Assembly (NCBI GenBank): GCA_015521325.1
Contig: WAOK01000001.1
Span: 73,782-137,781 of the forward strand
Source of the DNA: Desulfurococcales archaeon
GTDB lineage: Archaea; Thermoproteota; Thermoprotei_A; Sulfolobales; NBVN01
Length of the DNA: 64,000 nt
Direction of reading: 5' to 3'
This document shows, in pieces, positions 60,964 through 64,000 of this stretch. How positions within the stretch are numbered: the first letter of the stretch is position 1; every line of letters starts with the position of its first letter. The notes under the pieces were generated by a model that was not told the DNA's origin, did no database searches, and saw nothing but the letters and a program-made list of their open reading frames with translations. A program made the position numbers and the translations under genes.

Positions 60964-63732
60964 GTGCGTGAATTGGGTAAGAAGATACCCTCAAGTGTTA
61001 GCAGGGATGTGTTCCGGGTTAGGCCGTTCATGGAGAGAAAATACTTGAGGCAGAAGTGCAGGGTATGCGGCGCAGACTTCTGGGCCCTCAAAGAGAGGGA
61101 GGACTGCGGTGACGCACCGTGCACGGACTACTACTTCTTCGACCTGCCCATAAAGTCCCCTCCACTGAGTGTTGAGGAGGTTGTCGAGAAGTTCACAGGG
61201 TTCTTTGAGAGGAACGGTCACGAGGTCATAGAGCCACACCCTGTCGTTGCTAGGTGGAGAGAGGATCTCTACCTCACGATAGCATCTATAGTTGTGTTCC
61301 AGCCCCACGTCACATCAGGCCTCGTGCCGCCCCCAGCGAACCCGCTAGTCATAGCACAGCCATGCATTAGGCTAGAGGACATTGACAGCGTCGGCTACAC
61401 CCTCGGGAGACACCTCACAAACTTCATCATGGGCGGACACCACGCCTTCAACTACCCGGACAAGTACGTCTACTTCACGGACGAGACGGTGGAGTACGCC
61501 AGGAGGTTCTTCACCGAGGAGATCGGGGTGCCCGAGGACGAACTCGTCTTCAAGGAGTCCTGGTGGGAGGGGGGAGGCAACGCTGGCCCGGCATTCGAGG
61601 TGGCCGTGGGAGGATTGGAGGTAGCGACCCTAGTCTTCATGATGTATGAGGAGAGGGACGGTGCTTACGCCCCGATGAAGTTAAGGATCGTTGACACAGG
61701 ATACGGCATAGAGAGGATCGCGTGGCTAACTCAGAAGACACCGACGGCCTTCCATGCAATATACGGTGAGGACATGGTGAGGGACTTCTATGGGCTCCTA
61801 GGGCTCAAGGAGCTTCCCGAGGACGTCTTGAGAGCGGCTATCAGGGTCGCTGGCCGGGTCAACCCAAGGGACGTCGCCGGGCTACGGAGAATAGGTGAGT
61901 TAGTATCCACCGCAACTGGGATGGGGGTTGACGAGATTGTTGCCGGGCTAGAGAACATGGTAAAGGTATTCACACTCCTCGACCACAGCAAGACAGCAGC
62001 ACTTATGCTATCCGACGGCGTCGTGCCCTCGAACTCAGGTGAGGGTTACCTCGCCAGGCTTGTCCTCAGGAGGCTCTTCAGGGTGTTAGGCGATCATGCG
62101 ACCGAGGACGCCATAGAGAAGATCTTCGGGAGCCAGGTGAGTAGGTGGAGAAAGCTCTACCCGAGGGTGTGGAAGAGGAAAGACTACATCATCGAGGTAG
62201 CGCTCATAGAACTCGAGCGCTTCCGCCGCCTGATGGAGAGGGCCCCGCTCGTGATCCGGAGGTACATAAAGAGGAGTAAGGGCGCTCTAGGCGTTAAGGA
62301 GCTAGTCGAGCTATACGACAGCCACGGAATACCGCCTGAGATGGTCAAGCAGATAGCTAGGCGCTTCGGCGCTGAGGTCAATGTCCCGCCGAATTTCTAC
62401 GAGATCCTTGTGTCGAGGCATGCGAGGGCACCAATTAAAAAGAAAGAGAAGGCTAAGCTCCCTGAGGAAGTCCTTAAGGAGGTGAAGAACCTGCCGGCCA
62501 CCAGGAGACTATTCCATGAAGACTCCTTCATAAGACGCTTCAGCGCTAGGGTAGTGAAGACAGTCGGGAAATATGTCGTACTGGATAAGACAGCCTTCTA
62601 CCCAGAAGGGGGAGGGCAGGTCGGTGATAGAGGTTTCCTAAGGCATGGTGAGAGGGAGTACAGGGTCATCGACACGCAGAAGGTCGGCGACGTGATAGTC
62701 CACGTCCTCGAGGAGGCACCGGACCTGAGGGAGGGAGATGAGGTTGAGGGCGAGATAGATTGGGCGAGGAGGCTCGTGCTCATGAGGCACCACACCGCCA
62801 CCCACATAATACTCGGCGCCGCTAGGAGGGTGCTCGGCGAGCATGTCTGGCAGGCGGGCGCAGAGAAGACTGAGGAGAAGGGCAGACTCGACATAACCCA
62901 CTATGAACTCCCCTCGAGAGAGGAGATAAGGAAGATTGAGGAACTAGCTAACAAGGTCGTCCTTGATGCGAGGCCAGTGAGGACTTACTTTATGCCGAGG
63001 TATGAGGCAGAGAGGAAGTACGGCTTCACCCTCTACCAGGGCGGCGTCCCCAAGCAGGCAGTGATCAGGGTTGTCGAGATAGAGGACTGGGATGCTGAGG
63101 CATGCTTCGGCACACACCTAAAGAACACGATAGAGGCCGGAGGAATCAAGATAGTTAACGTCGAGAAGATCCAGGACGGAGTCGTTAGGCTAGAGTACGT
63201 CGCAGGAACACAGGTAGTTACCTATGCTGACAAGTTAGAAGAGGAACTGCGCAGGGTAGGAGAGATAGTGGGCGGCGACCCCGTGAAGAGAGCGCAGGCC
63301 CTGAAGAGGGAGTACGAAGCGATCAAGCGCCTACTCAGCACGTACAGATCGGAGTTCGTCAAGATGAAGAAAGGAGAACTCATAGAGAGGGCCACCATAA
63401 TCAACGGAGTTAGGGTGATCACGTATGCCCACGAAATAGGGGATGACACCGCGCTTAGGGAGTTACTCCTAGAGATCATTAACGAGCACCCCGACGCCCT
63501 AATCGTTGCAGCGACCCGCAAAGAGCGCGGCACCTTACTGGAGGTTAGCGTAGGTAAGGAGGCATTGAAGAAGATCAGCGCAAGAGACGTACTGAGAGAG
63601 CTTACTAGAAGCGTTAAGGGTAGGGGAGGCGGCAAGCCCGACCACGCGACAGGGATGTTTGAGGCCGGCCCCGACGAGCTCCTTGAGAGGGTGAAGGACG
63701 TCATAGCTGAGATGCTGAGTAATGAAGGTTAG
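60964..63732 (+). CDS. alaS: alanyl-tRNA synthetase
   Basis: Track ORF of 922 aa. Archaeal N-terminal CRVCGADFW...CGDAPC is present. The editing-domain motifs HTATHIL and CFGTH are present. The start is uncertain among GTG 60964, GTG 61009 and ATG 61030, which are all in frame. Confidence 0.95.
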   Translation: MRELGKKIPSSVSRDVFRVRPFMERKYLRQKCRVCGADFWALKEREDCGDAPCTDYYFFDLPIKSPPLSVEEVVEKFTGFFERNGHEVIEPHPVVARWREDLYLTIASIVVFQPHVTSGLVPPPANPLVIAQPCIRLEDIDSVGYTLGRHLTNFIMGGHHAFNYPDKYVYFTDETVEYARRFFTEEIGVPEDELVFKESWWEGGGNAGPAFEVAVGGLEVATLVFMMYEERDGAYAPMKLRIVDTGYGIERIAWLTQKTPTAFHAIYGEDMVRDFYGLLGLKELPEDVLRAAIRVAGRVNPRDVAGLRRIGELVSTATGMGVDEIVAGLENMVKVFTLLDHSKTAALMLSDGVVPSNSGEGYLARLVLRRLFRVLGDHATEDAIEKIFGSQVSRWRKLYPRVWKRKDYIIEVALIELERFRRLMERAPLVIRRYIKRSKGALGVKELVELYDSHGIPPEMVKQIARRFGAEVNVPPNFYEILVSRHARAPIKKKEKAKLPEEVLKEVKNLPATRRLFHEDSFIRRFSARVVKTVGKYVVLDKTAFYPEGGGQVGDRGFLRHGEREYRVIDTQKVGDVIVHVLEEAPDLREGDEVEGEIDWARRLVLMRHHTATHIILGAARRVLGEHVWQAGAEKTEEKGRLDITHYELPSREEIRKIEELANKVVLDARPVRTYFMPRYEAERKYGFTLYQGGVPKQAVIRVVEIEDWDAEACFGTHLKNTIEAGGIKIVNVEKIQDGVVRLEYVAGTQVVTYADKLEEELRRVGEIVGGDPVKRAQALKREYEAIKRLLSTYRSEFVKMKKGELIERATIINGVRVITYAHEIGDDTALRELLLEIINEHPDALIVAATRKERGTLLEVSVGKEALKKISARDVLRELTRSVKGRGGGKPDHATGMFEAGPDELLERVKDVIAEMLSNEG

Positions 63733-64000
63733 GCACGGGGTTTTGGCAGAGGCAGCGAGGGACTACAGGTACTTACTTGACAGGGGCTATCCCCAGAAAG
63801 CGGCCTTGAACCTTGTCACGTCCCGGTACAGCCTAACGTCGGAGGAAAGAAGCGCGCTGATGAGATGCGTGCACAGGTCTATGGACGCCGTAAGCACTGC
63901 GTCCAAGCTCGTCAGTCCGACAGAAGTAAGGGGGGCGAATATCGTAGTAGACGGTTACAACACCCTCCTAACAATACTGACGGCGTTAGAGGGAGGTCCG
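63722..64000 (+). CDS. hypothetical protein (possibly DUF434-like), 5' partial: continues beyond window end
   Basis: My translation from ATG 63722, which overlaps the alaS stop, is MKVRHGVLAEAARDYRYLLDRGYPQKAALNLVTSRYSLTSEERSALMRCVHRS.... It stays open to position 64000. The family assignment is from memory only. Confidence 0.5.
   Translation, partial: MKVRHGVLAEAARDYRYLLDRGYPQKAALNLVTSRYSLTSEERSALMRCVHRSMDAVSTASKLVSPTEVRGANIVVDGYNTLLTILTALEGGP

Noticed and set aside
1-64000. CRISPR arrays, IS elements or transposases, integrases, toxin-antitoxin or defence modules, and rRNA operons.
   Set aside because: I saw no regularly spaced direct repeats, terminal inverted repeats, recognisable transposase, integrase or Cas motifs, or rRNA-like sequence on either strand. 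The window is essentially saturated with conserved housekeeping genes.

Overview
This window is core chromosome from a crenarchaeon of the hyperthermophile type, most like Desulfurococcales or Sulfolobales in gene content. The evidence is a cdvA-cdvB-cdvC (ESCRT-III/Vps4) division operon, Alba, a thermosome, XPB, TIP49, bulge-helix-bulge (BHB) introns, frequent GTG/TTG starts and 4-nt ATGA/GTGA gene overlaps.

Coding is almost gap-free.
- Positions 1-30 kb hold housekeeping genes: XPB, Alba, TIP49, a phosphohexomutase, RNase HII, a DRG GTPase, thermosome, RpoK, an S2P protease, topoisomerase IA, signal peptidase, enolase, cdvABC, class II RNR, PDO, a PPP phosphatase, CutA, Dph5 and RibL.
- Positions 30-50.4 kb hold the large ribosomal-protein/SecY/Adk/Cmk/Cbf5 supercluster. 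Here it is rearranged: the L3-L4-L23-L2 block is inverted, and rtcB plus an unknown ORF sit between S19 and L22.
- Positions 50.4-54.2 kb hold four tRNA genes (Ser-GGA, Glu-CUC with intron, Phe-GAA, Gly-UCC, all with encoded CCA) interleaved with SOR, Nep1, Rpp21 and archease.
- Positions 54.2-64 kb hold two conserved translation/secretion clusters, S19e-PDCD5-L39e-L31e-aIF6-LX-PfdA-FtsY and SecE-Spt5-L11-L1-P0, followed by AlaRS.

Two small r-protein genes fall below the ORF-track cutoff and were recovered by hand: S14 (41149..41313) and L39e (55089..55247).

I found no CRISPR array, transposon, integrase, defence island or rRNA.

Items most worth a second look:
- A 23-nt BHB intron splits cbf5 within its catalytic Asp codon.
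- There are three candidate C/D box sRNAs in intergenic gaps.
- Rpp21 is fused in frame to a YhbY/CRM domain.
- A TtuA/Ncs6-like protein appears to lack the PP-loop and Fe-S cysteines.
- cdvB has a start-codon or frameshift anomaly.
- uL3 carries a Cys-rich ~45-aa insertion.
- A 131-aa ORF is translationally coupled to rtcB.
- About 300 bp upstream of the L3 operon remains unexplained.

All family assignments rest on my reading of the translated sequences and remembered family motifs. No database search was possible.
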